The notes: generated by a model from the letters alone, not told the origin. 30,227 nt of DNA from Actinomycetota bacterium (GCA_036396815.1 DASWKD010000232.1:1-30227); one strand, 5' to 3'. Shown: positions 1-8,378, numbered from the stretch's first letter. Numbers and translations are program-made.

Positions 1-2
1 CT

Positions 3-30
3 GAAGGGCCGGCCTCCGGGCCGGCCCTTC
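3..30. terminator. GC-rich hairpin, probable intrinsic/bidirectional terminator
   Basis: Perfect 12-bp inverted repeat GAAGGGCCGGCC-TCCG-GGCCGGCCCTTC, 2 nt beyond the stop of the minus-strand gene ending at 33. No U-tract. Confidence 0.7.
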
Positions 31-32
31 AT

Positions 33-185
33 CTATCCCTGCTTCGGGCGCTTCAGGTAGGCCACGATCCCCTGCGGGCCCTGGAGCACCGAGACGAGCT
101 CCCAGCCGTCCTCGCCCCACTGGTTGAGGATCTCCTGCGTGGCGTGCTCGATCAGGGGCACGGTGGCGTATTCCCACTGCGGCAT
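33..185 (-). CDS. DUF4177-family small protein
   Basis: MPQWEYATVPL...ILNQWGEDGWELVSV matches the WEY...LN.LG.EGWELV pattern. Start trimmed to ATG 185 (GGGAGG 9 nt upstream). ATG 194 is an alternative (ATGA overlap with the upstream stop). Confidence 0.8.
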   Translation of the reverse strand: MPQWEYATVPLIEHATQEILNQWGEDGWELVSVLQGPQGIVAYLKRPKQG

Positions 186-190
186 CGGAC

Positions 191-595
191 TCATCCTCCC
201 TCGGTCGACCGGTGCACCGTCCTGATGCACTGATCCTCCACGTAGCCCAGTCCGGCCTCCCGGGCGATGGTCCCGGATTCCTCGCTCCGGATCCCCAGCT
301 GGAGCCACAGGGCCTTGGCGCCGACGGCCACGGCCTCCCGGGCGATGGGCGGGGTGTGCTCGGCGCGGCGGAACACGTCCACGATGTCGACGGACTCAGG
401 GATGTCCGAGAGCGAGGCGTAGCACCGCTCACCCAGGATCTCCTCCTCCTTCGGGTTGACCGGGATCACCCGGTACCCCGCGCCCTGGAGGTAGCGGGCC
501 ACGCTGTTCGAGTCGCGTTCGGGCTTCGGCGACAGGCCGACCACGGCGATGGTCCGGGCCTCGCGGAGCAGCCTCCCGACGTCGGTCACGCCCAT
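191..595 (-). CDS. CoA-binding protein (YccU-like)
   Basis: TIAVVGLSPKPERDSNSVARYLQGAGYRVIPVNP...VDIVDVFR...KALWLQLG. Start ATG 595 or GTG 589 (GTGA overlap with the NUDIX stop). Confidence 0.9.
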   Translation of the reverse strand: MGVTDVGRLLREARTIAVVGLSPKPERDSNSVARYLQGAGYRVIPVNPKEEEILGERCYASLSDIPESVDIVDVFRRAEHTPPIAREAVAVGAKALWLQLGIRSEESGTIAREAGLGYVEDQCIRTVHRSTEGG

Positions 596-1149
596 CCTCC
601 CTTGTCCAGGATCTCCAGGAAGCTGTGCAGGATCCGCCCGGTGGCCCCCCACACGAGGCTGCCGTCCACCTCGTAGGAATACATGGTGGGGTGGAGGCCG
701 CCGGGGGCCGGGACCTCCCGCTCCACGTGGCGCAGGGTTCGGATCGGGAGATCGAGGACCTCGGCGATCTCCTCCTCGCTGGGCCGGAGAGCCGGCGGGG
801 CAGCCAGCAGGCCAACGAAGGGAGCGATCACGAATCCGCTGACGATGGTGGGGGTGGGGGGGAGCCCTCCCACGACGTCAAACGCCCCGGCCCGGATGCC
901 CAGCTCCTCCTCGGTCTCCCGGAGGGCCGTGGCCAGCAGGTCATGGTCCTCGGCGTGCCGGGCCCCGCCCGGGAACGAGATCTCCCCCTTGTGGTCCCGG
1001 ACCAGGTCGGTCCGCCTGGTGAACATGATCGAGGGCTCCTCCAGGTCCAGGACGGGCACCATCACTGCGGCCGGCGTACCGGGTCCCAGGGACGGGTCGG
1101 GTCGCGGGTCGGAGAGGAAGCCGTGGAGCGCGGAGCGCAGGTCGGTCAT
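586..1149 (-). CDS. NUDIX hydrolase, CoA pyrophosphatase subfamily
   Basis: FTRR...HKGEISFPGG motif followed by the Nudix box GGARHAEDHDLLATALRETEEELGI, and VWGATGRIL. It is the 3' part of ORF 586..1737; start set at ATG 1149. Confidence 0.9.
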   Translation of the reverse strand: MTDLRSALHGFLSDPRPDPSLGPGTPAAVMVPVLDLEEPSIMFTRRTDLVRDHKGEISFPGGARHAEDHDLLATALRETEEELGIRAGAFDVVGGLPPTPTIVSGFVIAPFVGLLAAPPALRPSEEEIAEVLDLPIRTLRHVEREVPAPGGLHPTMYSYEVDGSLVWGATGRILHSFLEILDKGGWA

Positions 1150-1156
1150 CGGGCCC

Positions 1157-1162
1157 ATCGTA
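1157..1162 (-). promoter_or_regulatory. -10 box TACGAT, probable leaderless promoter of NUDIX operon
   Basis: TACGAT 7 nt upstream of ATG 1149, no Shine-Dalgarno between. Confidence 0.55.
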
Positions 1163-1169
1163 CCCGTGG

Positions 1170-3110
1170 TCAGGACAGGCGCTTGACCCGGAGCTTGTAC
1201 CGGCCCTTCTCGAACAGGAAGGCCGTGACGTGGATGTAGTGGAGCCCCCGGACCCGGATCCGGAGACTGCGGAACTTCTCGTTCCCGCTGTCGGAGGTCC
1301 GCTGCTTGAGGAGCTTGCAGGAGCCGCGGCGCACGAAGCACGACTCCTCGAACTGCCAGATCTCGGTGGTGCCCGGCTTCCAGATGTAGAGGTCGAAGTC
1401 GTTGTCCGCTCCACCGCGGAGGGCGATGCGGTACCTGCCTCGCTTGAGCCGCTTCTTGTACACGTCGTTGACGTCGTTCGGCCAGGCCACGCGGCCCTCC
1501 ACCTTGCGCTTGATCTTCTTGGCTCCGGAGATCGTCCCATCGTGGCCCCCCGGGCCATCGCTGGGATCCCCGGCCAGAGCCTTGGCCGCGTCGATCCGGC
1601 CATCGCTGGTCTGCGTGAACTTGCCCGTCCGCACACGGCCCTCGAAGGGCAGATCGTCGAGGTTGGGCGGATGCTCGGCCCCGTTCATCACCGCGTTCTT
1701 GACCTCCAGCGCGGAGTACTCGGTGTGCTCCGACCACACCAGCCCGGCCACGCCCGCCGCGAAGGGGGCCGCCATCGAGGTCCCGTTCCAGGCCTCGTAG
1801 CCGCTCCCGGGCAGCGTGCTGACGATGTCTACCCCCGGCGCCGCCAGGTCCACGGACCGCCTCCCCCAGCTCGTGAACAGGCAGGCCGAGCGGGACTGCC
1901 CCAGGCCGTCCACGCTATCGTTGCACCCGGTCCCGTACCCATACTGGTCCTTGTGGTTGCTGGCCGCCACGGACAGGATGTTGGGCAGGTCGAAGCTGGC
2001 CGGGAAGCTCGGCGAGAAGCCGCTGAAACCGGCCAGGGCCATGTCGTTGTCCAGGGCGGCGTTCCCGGCGGCGGCGACGAACAGGATGTCATCATCGCCC
2101 AGGAGCTCGATGGCCCGGCGCTCCATCCCCAGCCAGATGTCACCCCCGAAGCTGGCGTTGACGATGAACCTCGTCCCCGGCAGGTCCGCCTTCATCTGGC
2201 GCACGTAGGCCAGGGCCTCGATCTCGGCATCGAGGGGGAAGTTGCCCCCGGGACCGGTGATCTTCAGGACCATGATGCTGCACTGAGGGCAGGCGCCGGC
2301 CACACCCATGGAGTTCCCGGATCGCGCTGCGGCGATGCCGGCCACGTGGGTGCCGTGGCTCCGCGAGTCATTGGCCGGTGCATCCATCAGGACCTGGCAG
2401 TTGTCGTCGGTGAAGTCGCATCCATTGACGTCATCGATGTAGCCGTTGTCGTCATCGTCAACGCCGTTCGCGATCTCTCCCGGATTGACCCACAGGTTGG
2501 GCGAAAGATCCGCATGAGTCACGTCCACGCCGGTATCCAGGACGGCGATCACCGTGGAGGTGTCCCCCGTCTGCTCGTCCCAGGCGAGATCCGAGTCCGC
2601 GTCGGCCAGAGCGGTCCCCGCGCGCTCGAAGGCCCCGTCGCCGATCGGATGGAGCTGGCCGTCGTTGTCGTGACCCCACTGGTCCTCGAACAGGAGATCG
2701 TTCGGGACACCGAACGGCCTCCGGATGAGGTTCGGCGAGACCTCCGCCACACGGGGGTCCGCCTCGTACGCGGCCACCGCCTCGGGGACCGAGACGTCCG
2801 GGGGAAGGTCGACCACCTCGATGTCGAAGGGCTTGATCCGGTCCTCCACCTCGGCGCCCAGGGCCCGGTGGACCTCCTTGGCCTGGGCCCGCCGGACATC
2901 TTCCTTGAACCGGACCAGGACCTGCCCCTCGACCCATCGGGGACGCTCCTCGCTCAGGTCGCGCTTGCGAACGCCCTGCTGGGGAGCGACACCGGCGGGG
3001 GGAGGATCGGCCTCGGCCACCAGCGGGGCAAGCAGGGACAGGACGGCAACGAGCGTGGTGAGCGATCGGGTGAGCAATGGGCTTCTGCTTTCTGGGGACG
3101 CCGGACGCAC
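1170..3110 (-). CDS. Secreted subtilisin-like S8 serine peptidase with N-terminal prodomain and C-terminal beta-sandwich (PPC-like) domain
   Basis: Signal peptide (..AVLSLLAPLVAEA). Catalytic motifs VIAVLDTGVD (Asp), SHGTHVAGIAA (His), AAGN (oxyanion Asn), WNGTSMAAP (Ser). Acidic DDDDNGYIDD insert. Start codon uncertain (GTG 3110). Confidence 0.92.
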   Translation of the reverse strand: MRPASPESRSPLLTRSLTTLVAVLSLLAPLVAEADPPPAGVAPQQGVRKRDLSEERPRWVEGQVLVRFKEDVRRAQAKEVHRALGAEVEDRIKPFDIEVVDLPPDVSVPEAVAAYEADPRVAEVSPNLIRRPFGVPNDLLFEDQWGHDNDGQLHPIGDGAFERAGTALADADSDLAWDEQTGDTSTVIAVLDTGVDVTHADLSPNLWVNPGEIANGVDDDDNGYIDDVNGCDFTDDNCQVLMDAPANDSRSHGTHVAGIAAARSGNSMGVAGACPQCSIMVLKITGPGGNFPLDAEIEALAYVRQMKADLPGTRFIVNASFGGDIWLGMERRAIELLGDDDILFVAAAGNAALDNDMALAGFSGFSPSFPASFDLPNILSVAASNHKDQYGYGTGCNDSVDGLGQSRSACLFTSWGRRSVDLAAPGVDIVSTLPGSGYEAWNGTSMAAPFAAGVAGLVWSEHTEYSALEVKNAVMNGAEHPPNLDDLPFEGRVRTGKFTQTSDGRIDAAKALAGDPSDGPGGHDGTISGAKKIKRKVEGRVAWPNDVNDVYKKRLKRGRYRIALRGGADNDFDLYIWKPGTTEIWQFEESCFVRRGSCKLLKQRTSDSGNEKFRSLRIRVRGLHYIHVTAFLFEKGRYKLRVKRLS

Positions 3111-3158
3111 CTCGCACGATACCGGAAGGGAGGCGTTCCGTCACGGGTCTCCCGCGAG

Positions 3159-3944
3159 CTACAGCGTTCCCCGGATCAGACCGCCGTCCACTTGGTAGGC
3201 CGCCCCGGTGATGTAGGACGCTCGCTCAGAGGACAGGAAGGCGACCAGGTCGGCCAGCTCGCGGGGGTCTCCGAACCGACCGGCCGGGATGGTGGCAGCC
3301 TCCTCGCGCTCCACCTCCTCCACCGGGCGGCCCGAACGCCCGGCCCGGTCGGCCATCAGTTCGGACACGCGGTCGGTGCGGAACCGGCCCGGGAGGACCA
3401 GGTTCACGGTGATGCCCTCGGGAGCCAGCTCCGTGCTCAGGGTCTTGGCCCACCCCGCCACCCCGGACCGGGCGGCACTGGACAGGATCAGGTTGGCGAT
3501 GGGCTGCTTGATGGAGCTGGAGCCGATCACCACCACCCGGCCGTAGCCGGCCCGGCGCATCAGGGGCAGGGCCGCCCGGGTCATCCGCACCGTGGAGAAG
3601 AAGCTCAGCTCGAAGGCCTCCCGGAAGTCCTGGTCGGTCAGCTCCTCGAACCGGCCGAGCCTGGGCCCGCCGGCGTTGGCCACCAGGACCTGGCACCCAC
3701 CCACCGCCTGGGAGCCCTCGGCCACGAACCGCTCGGGCTCGGCGGCCACGTCCACGGCGAGGGCGGCCACCTCCGCGCCGGTGGCCGAGGCGATCTCCTC
3801 ACGGGCCGCCTGGACGGCGTCCGCGCTCCGGGCGGCGATGGCCACCTTCGCGCCCTCCCGGGCCAAGGCCAGCGCGCAGGCCTTGCCCAGGCCCCGGCTG
3901 GCCCCGGCCACCAGCGCCGGTCGCCCCTCCAGCCCCAGTTCCAC
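3159..3944 (-). CDS. SDR family oxidoreductase (FabG-like)
   Basis: ALVAGASRGLG nucleotide-binding motif, LVANAGGP, ITVNLVLPG, GRFGDPRELA...YITG...VDGG. Confidence 0.9.
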   Translation of the reverse strand: MELGLEGRPALVAGASRGLGKACALALAREGAKVAIAARSADAVQAAREEIASATGAEVAALAVDVAAEPERFVAEGSQAVGGCQVLVANAGGPRLGRFEELTDQDFREAFELSFFSTVRMTRAALPLMRRAGYGRVVVIGSSSIKQPIANLILSSAARSGVAGWAKTLSTELAPEGITVNLVLPGRFRTDRVSELMADRAGRSGRPVEEVEREEAATIPAGRFGDPRELADLVAFLSSERASYITGAAYQVDGGLIRGTL

Positions 3945-3955
3945 GCTGGCCCTTG

Positions 3956-3961
3956 TATCAT
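3956..3961 (+). promoter_or_regulatory. -10 box TATCAT for the Fe-S carrier gene
   Basis: TATCAT 9 nt upstream of ATG 3971, in a 26-bp divergent intergenic gap. Confidence 0.45.
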
Positions 3962-3970
3962 CGAAGGGTC

Positions 3971-4312
3971 ATGGACACCACAACCCGGGTCATGTCGGTC
4001 ACCCCCCAGGCGGCGGCCAAGGCCCTCCAGCTGGCCTCGGGCGAGGGACGGCAGGAGGCGAACCTCCGGGTCCGCGTGCTGGCCGGGGGCTGCTCGGGGT
4101 TCTCCTACCACCTGTCCTTCGAGGACGCCCCGGCGCCGGAGGACCACGTGATCGAGGAGGGCGGCATGCGCCTGCTGGTGGATCCGGCCAGCGCACCCAT
4201 CGTCCGGGGGTCGTCGCTGGAGTTCCACGACGCCATGCTGGGGGGCGGCCTCAAGGTGGTCAACCCGAACGCCGTGCACGAGTGCGCGTGCGGCGAGTCC
4301 TTCTCGGTCTAA
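3971..4312 (+). CDS. A-type Fe-S cluster carrier (HesB/IscA/ErpA family)
   Basis: LRVRVLAGGCSGFSY and C-terminal CACGESF give the three conserved Cys. Start set at ATG 3971. Confidence 0.92.
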   Translation: MDTTTRVMSVTPQAAAKALQLASGEGRQEANLRVRVLAGGCSGFSYHLSFEDAPAPEDHVIEEGGMRLLVDPASAPIVRGSSLEFHDAMLGGGLKVVNPNAVHECACGESFSV

Positions 4313-4743
4313 CCGTACGGGTCGAACCCGCTTCCAGTGTCGTCCGCCGCCGGGCTGGGGTCGGCCGCTCCCCCCGCCACCGTCAGCTGGCCCGTCATGC
4401 CGCCGGCCTGGTGGAACCGGCACACGAACGGCGCAGCCTGGGCCCCGAACGTCACCTCGGCCTCGGCCGACCCCCCGGGCTCCACCTCCACGTCCACCCC
4501 CTGGGACTCCACGGTGAAGGTGTGGGCCACGTCGTCCTCGTTGTGGATGGCCACGGTGACGGTCTGACCCTCCTCACCCTCAAGGACGGCGGGCTGGAAC
4601 GCGAAGTCCTTCATGTCGAGGGTGATGGTCTCCCCGGCCGGGGCCTGACCACCCGGCTCTCCGCCGGCGTCGTCCTCCTGGGCGCAGGCCGCTCCGACCA
4701 GGGCCAGGGAGAGGACGGCGACGCTCAACCTGCTCTGCTTCAT
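4309..4743 (-). CDS. Cupredoxin-domain lipoprotein
   Basis: C-terminal 144 aa of ORF 4309..6993. Signal peptide with lipobox-like LVGAAC. Type-1 copper ligands AHTF...CRFHQAGGM (H, C, H, M). GGAGG upstream of ATG 4743. Confidence 0.85.
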   Translation of the reverse strand: MKQSRLSVAVLSLALVGAACAQEDDAGGEPGGQAPAGETITLDMKDFAFQPAVLEGEEGQTVTVAIHNEDDVAHTFTVESQGVDVEVEPGGSAEAEVTFGAQAAPFVCRFHQAGGMTGQLTVAGGAADPSPAADDTGSGFDPYG

Positions 4744-4809
4744 GCCAGATCCACCTCCATCGGGTGATCCGTCACCGGGGCCCGCGCGGTTCGGTCCCCG
4801 GCGCCCACC

Positions 4810-4815
4810 TATACT
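4810..4815 (+). promoter_or_regulatory. -10 box TATACT, probable leaderless promoter
   Basis: TATACT 7 nt upstream of the in-frame GTG 4823. Confidence 0.6.
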
Positions 4816-4822
4816 CGCACCT

Positions 4823-5956
4823 GTGGCGGACGAACCGGTCAAGACCCAGTGGAAGGACCTGTACCACGAGGTCGTGGACGCGGGGACGTGCACCGGATGC
4901 TCGGCGTGCGTGGTGGTGTGCCCGCCCAAGGTACTGGGATACGAGGACAACCTCCCCGTCCACTTGGAGGACAACGGTCCCGACGTGTGCACCCACGGCG
5001 ACCGGGGCTGCGACATCTGCACTCGGGCCTGCCCCCGGTTCCGCGATTGGGAGCCGGTCATCGAGACCACGATGTTCGGACGGGCCCGCCTGGCCGACGA
5101 GGCCATCGGCGTCCACAAGGAGGTGGTCCTGGCCCGGGCCACCGACCCCCACAGCCTGGCCCAGGGCCAGGACGGCGGCGTGGTCTCGGCCCTCCTTATC
5201 TGGGGACTGGCCAGCGGCGAGATCGACGGCGCCCTGACGTCCAAGCTCTCCGACGAGCGGCCGTGGGACGCCGAGCCCACCGTGGTCACCACCGCCGAGG
5301 AGGTCCTGGCCACCGCGGGATCCCGGTACACGTACTCGGCCAACCCCCTGGCCCTGACCATGGCCATGAAGATGGGCCTCACCCAGGTCGCCCTGGTGGG
5401 GATGTCCTGCCAGGCCAGCGTCCCGGGGAAGCTCGAGGCCATGCGCCTGAACAAGTACCGGCGGCGGATCGCCTGGAACTTCGGGCTCCTGTGCTCCAAG
5501 ACGTTCACGTACCAGGGCCTCAACGAGGAGATCATCCCCAACCGCATGGGCCTGAAGCTCGAAGACGTGGTCCGAGTGAACATCAAGGGGAAGCTCCTCG
5601 TGTACACGAAGGACGGTGAGGAGCACACGTATCCGCTGAAGGAGGCCCAGGCGTTCACCCGCCCCGGCTGCCTCAAGTGCCCGGACTTCTCGGCCGAGCA
5701 CGGCGACATCTCGTTCGGTGGCCTGGGCCAGAGCGACGGATGGACGCTCACCGTGATCCGTTCCGACCTGGGCCGGGACGTGTGGGACCGGGCGGTGGCC
5801 GAGGGCGTGGTCGAGCAGCGCCCTGCCTCCGAGGACCCCAAGGCCGTGGCCCTCATGGAGAAGCTGGCCGTGAAGCAGCGCCAGCGGTGGCCCGCCGGCG
5901 ACGGCCCCCCCGCGTGGGGCGCGCCCGGAGCGCTCCCCGCCAACGGGCAAGCCTGA
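4823..5956 (+). CDS. Coenzyme F420 hydrogenase/dehydrogenase beta-subunit (FrhB/FdhB) family protein with N-terminal 4Fe-4S ferredoxin domain
   Basis: [12 protein letters not shown] and CDICTRACP ferredoxin motifs. [50 protein letters not shown] are typical of the FrhB N/C domains. Confidence 0.88.
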   Translation: MADEPVKTQWKDLYHEVVDAGTCTGCSACVVVCPPKVLGYEDNLPVHLEDNGPDVCTHGDRGCDICTRACPRFRDWEPVIETTMFGRARLADEAIGVHKEVVLARATDPHSLAQGQDGGVVSALLIWGLASGEIDGALTSKLSDERPWDAEPTVVTTAEEVLATAGSRYTYSANPLALTMAMKMGLTQVALVGMSCQASVPGKLEAMRLNKYRRRIAWNFGLLCSKTFTYQGLNEEIIPNRMGLKLEDVVRVNIKGKLLVYTKDGEEHTYPLKEAQAFTRPGCLKCPDFSAEHGDISFGGLGQSDGWTLTVIRSDLGRDVWDRAVAEGVVEQRPASEDPKAVALMEKLAVKQRQRWPAGDGPPAWGAPGALPANGQA

Positions 5957-6996
5957 TGGAGCGGCGGATCCTGGGTCGGACCGGCGTCCACGTCAGCGCG
6001 TACTGCCTGGGCACGATGATGCTGGGCCCGTGGGGCAACACCGACCAGGACGAGTGCATCCGCATGATCCACCGCGCCCTGGACGCCGGCATCAACGTCG
6101 TCGACACCGCCGACGTGTACGGCGAGGGCGCCACGGAGGAGATCGTGGGCCGGGCCCTCCGCGGCCGGCGGGACGACGCCATCCTGGCCACCAAGGTGTT
6201 CGGTCAGATGGGGCCGGACCCGAACCACCACGGCCTGTCCCGGCGGTGGATCATGCGCGCGGTCGAGGACTCGCTCCGCCGCCTGGGCACCGACCACATC
6301 GACCTGTACCAGGTCCACCGCCCCGATCCCGACACAGCGATCGAGGAGACGCTCGGTGCGCTGACCGACCTCATCCGGCAGGGGAAGATCCGCTACGCGG
6401 GCTCTTCGACGTTCCCGGGCTGGCTGCTCGCCGAGGCACATCATGAGGCGGAGCGCCACGGTCTGGCCCGGTTCGCCACGGAGCAACCCCCCTACTCGAT
6501 CTTCGTCCGCCATCCCGAGCTGGACGTGTTCCCATCGGCCCAGGCGCACGGCATGGGCATCCTGGTGTGGAGCCCCCTGGCCGGCGGGTGGCTGACCGGC
6601 AAGTACCGGCGCGGCGCGGAGGAGCCCCAAGGCTCCCGCGCGGTCTGGGCCCGGAAGCGGGGCGGGCGGGTGGGCCTCCGGTTCGACCTCTCCAGGTCCG
6701 GGGCCCAGCGCAAGCTCGATCTGGTGGAGGACGTGGCCGCCGTGGCCGACAAGGCGGGGCTGTCCCCCGCCCACCTGGCCGTGGCCTTCACCCTGGCCCA
6801 TCCCGCGGTGACCTCGACGATCATCGGCCCCAAGACGCCGGAGCAGCTCGAGGACCTCTTGGCCGGGGCCGGGACCCGCCTGGACCAGGACACCCTGGAC
6901 GCCCTGGACGAGCTGGTCCCGCCCGGCGCCACTCTGGACGACGCCGACCGGGGCTGGGACCCTCCCTGGATGCGGCCCGAGGCCCGCAGGCACTGA
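5956..6996 (+). CDS. Aldo/keto reductase
   Basis: Starts [10 protein letters not shown] at ATG 5956 (TGATG overlap with the FrhB-like stop). Catalytic tetrad motifs DTADVYG, LATK, DLYQVHRPD; WSPLAGG. Confidence 0.92.
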   Translation: MERRILGRTGVHVSAYCLGTMMLGPWGNTDQDECIRMIHRALDAGINVVDTADVYGEGATEEIVGRALRGRRDDAILATKVFGQMGPDPNHHGLSRRWIMRAVEDSLRRLGTDHIDLYQVHRPDPDTAIEETLGALTDLIRQGKIRYAGSSTFPGWLLAEAHHEAERHGLARFATEQPPYSIFVRHPELDVFPSAQAHGMGILVWSPLAGGWLTGKYRRGAEEPQGSRAVWARKRGGRVGLRFDLSRSGAQRKLDLVEDVAAVADKAGLSPAHLAVAFTLAHPAVTSTIIGPKTPEQLEDLLAGAGTRLDQDTLDALDELVPPGATLDDADRGWDPPWMRPEARRH

Positions 6997-7006
6997 TCAC
7001 TCACAA

Positions 7007-7028
7007 GTTCTGTGCAGTTGCACAAAGG
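7007..7028. promoter_or_regulatory. Palindromic operator-like site, copy 1 (GTTCTGTGCA-GT-TGCACAAAGG)
   Basis: Imperfect copy of the 22-bp palindrome also at 21512 and 23670. Intergenic, 60 nt upstream of a secreted-protein gene. An extra TCACAA lies at 7001-7006. Confidence 0.7.
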
Positions 7029-7088
7029 ATGTGGCCTGGGGGTCGTCGAAGTGGCCAGTGACAGCAGCCGACCCAAGGAGGATGGCCC

Positions 7089-8036
7089 ATGCACAGGAAA
7101 GCACTGCTGGCCACCCTGTTGGCCCTGGCATCGGTGGGCCTGCTTGCTCAGCCCGCCGCCGCCAACAGCGTGTCCTTCACGGACGTAACCCTGTCCGGCA
7201 ACACGGCCACGGTGGAGGGCGCCTACGCCTTCCCCGCGATCGCAACAGCCCAGGACGTGGGTGGCCTCAACACCAACTTCGCCGTCCACGACGTGGCCGT
7301 GGCCGCGGGCGTCGACCTGACCGCCGGCAAGATCATCCCCATCAACGGTGGTCTCCGGTTCGTATGGGAGATCAGCAACATGCCAGCAGAAGTCCCGCCC
7401 GAGGGCGTCCGCTATACCTGGGCCCTCAAGATCGGGAACACGCAGTACCAGCTCCAGGCCAAGCGTACGAACCTTGCGTCCACCACCACGACGGAGGACC
7501 CGGTGGGCCACGTGCAGCAGCTGGCCGCGCAGAAGAACTTCTTCCAGCTCCGCGGAGCGTGCCAGACCAGCTACCAGGGGACCCCTGCTGCCGGCTGCTA
7601 CCACCTGGCCTGGCTGAACGGCTCGTTCGACATCGCCGGGAAGAAGGTGTCGATGGACTGGCCCTACAACACCAAGGACCAGATCGGCAGGCTGGTGGCC
7701 CCGGACTTCGTTCCCGGGGTGGTCCTGGAGGAGGTCCTGGTGGCCAGCAGCTCGATCACCAGTAACTTCCAGGTGGTGGTCAGCAACACCACGACCAGCG
7801 ACTACATCAACGGCTGGGAGCCCTACTTCGCGGGCGGGCGGGTCCAGTTGGGGATCGGCAACCACACGTCCGGCCCCGAGGGCATCAGCTACGGCGCCCC
7901 GGTCACGCTGAACGCCGACGGCACGTTCGACGCCACGCTGAGCGGTCTGTCGGGATCCGCGAACACGATATTCGCGCGGGCCTGCAACGGCACCACGGCG
8001 ACCTGCGCGTACACCTCGCAGCGGGTCATCATCTAG
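7089..8036 (+). CDS. Secreted hypothetical protein (all-beta, unnamed module)
   Basis: SD AAGGAGG, Sec signal peptide MHRKALLATLLALASVGLLAQPAAA, strong GC3 codon bias. By-eye similarity to the C-terminal third of the protein at 21575-23614. Confidence 0.85.
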   Translation: MHRKALLATLLALASVGLLAQPAAANSVSFTDVTLSGNTATVEGAYAFPAIATAQDVGGLNTNFAVHDVAVAAGVDLTAGKIIPINGGLRFVWEISNMPAEVPPEGVRYTWALKIGNTQYQLQAKRTNLASTTTTEDPVGHVQQLAAQKNFFQLRGACQTSYQGTPAAGCYHLAWLNGSFDIAGKKVSMDWPYNTKDQIGRLVAPDFVPGVVLEEVLVASSSITSNFQVVVSNTTTSDYINGWEPYFAGGRVQLGIGNHTSGPEGISYGAPVTLNADGTFDATLSGLSGSANTIFARACNGTTATCAYTSQRVII

Positions 8037-8050
8037 CGACCCGTGACGCT

Positions 8051-8083
8051 GGAAGGGCGGCTCCTCCGGGGGGCCGCCCTTCC
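8051..8083. terminator. GC-rich hairpin between convergent genes
   Basis: 11-bp stem GGAAGGGCGGC / GCCGCCCTTCC enclosing TCCTCCGGGGG. Lies between stops at 8036 (+) and 8085 (-). Confidence 0.65.
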
Positions 8084-8084
8084 C

Positions 8085-8318
8085 TTATCCGCCCTCGCCG
8101 GTCTCCACGTCCGCGCGGTCGTCGGGCTGAGCCTGCTCGGCCCGCTCGGCGTCCACCAGCTGCCACAGCCATTGCCCCCAGGCCCGGATGTCAGGCCACG
8201 CTCGCCAGAAGTCCTCCACCGTGCTCTCCCCCAGGCTCCGCCACGCGTTCGGGGCCTTCTCCTCCTGGGCCATCTGCTCCAGGACCAAGATCGCGTCGTG
8301 GAACCGCTGCTCGTCCAT
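8085..8318 (-). CDS. Small Trp-rich hypothetical protein (77 aa)
   Basis: C-terminal end of ORF 8085..10283. GGAGGTG directly upstream of ATG 8318. Fills the otherwise empty gap and reads like a helical protein (MDEQRFHDAILVLEQMAQEE...). Confidence 0.7.
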   Translation of the reverse strand: MDEQRFHDAILVLEQMAQEEKAPNAWRSLGESTVEDFWRAWPDIRAWGQWLWQLVDAERAEQAQPDDRADVETGEGG

Positions 8319-8378
8319 CGCACCTCCAGGGTCGGTGGCCACAGTGTGCGCGAGGGGAGCGGATCCCCGCAACACGGG

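Noticed and set aside
1230-4151. 973-aa plus-strand ORF
   Set aside because: Antisense shadow of the S8 and SDR genes. Stop codons are rare in high-GC DNA, and the translation has no family motifs and collides with IscA.
4309-6993. 894-aa minus-strand ORF
   Set aside because: Only the last 144 aa (cupredoxin, ATG 4743 with SD) are credible; the rest is antisense to the FrhB-like and AKR genes.
7880-7905. GISYGAPV in the 7089 protein resembles GISFGAPV at the mature N-terminus of the Asp-box protein
   Set aside because: An 8-residue match outside the collinear alignment; may be chance and cannot be supported without a search.
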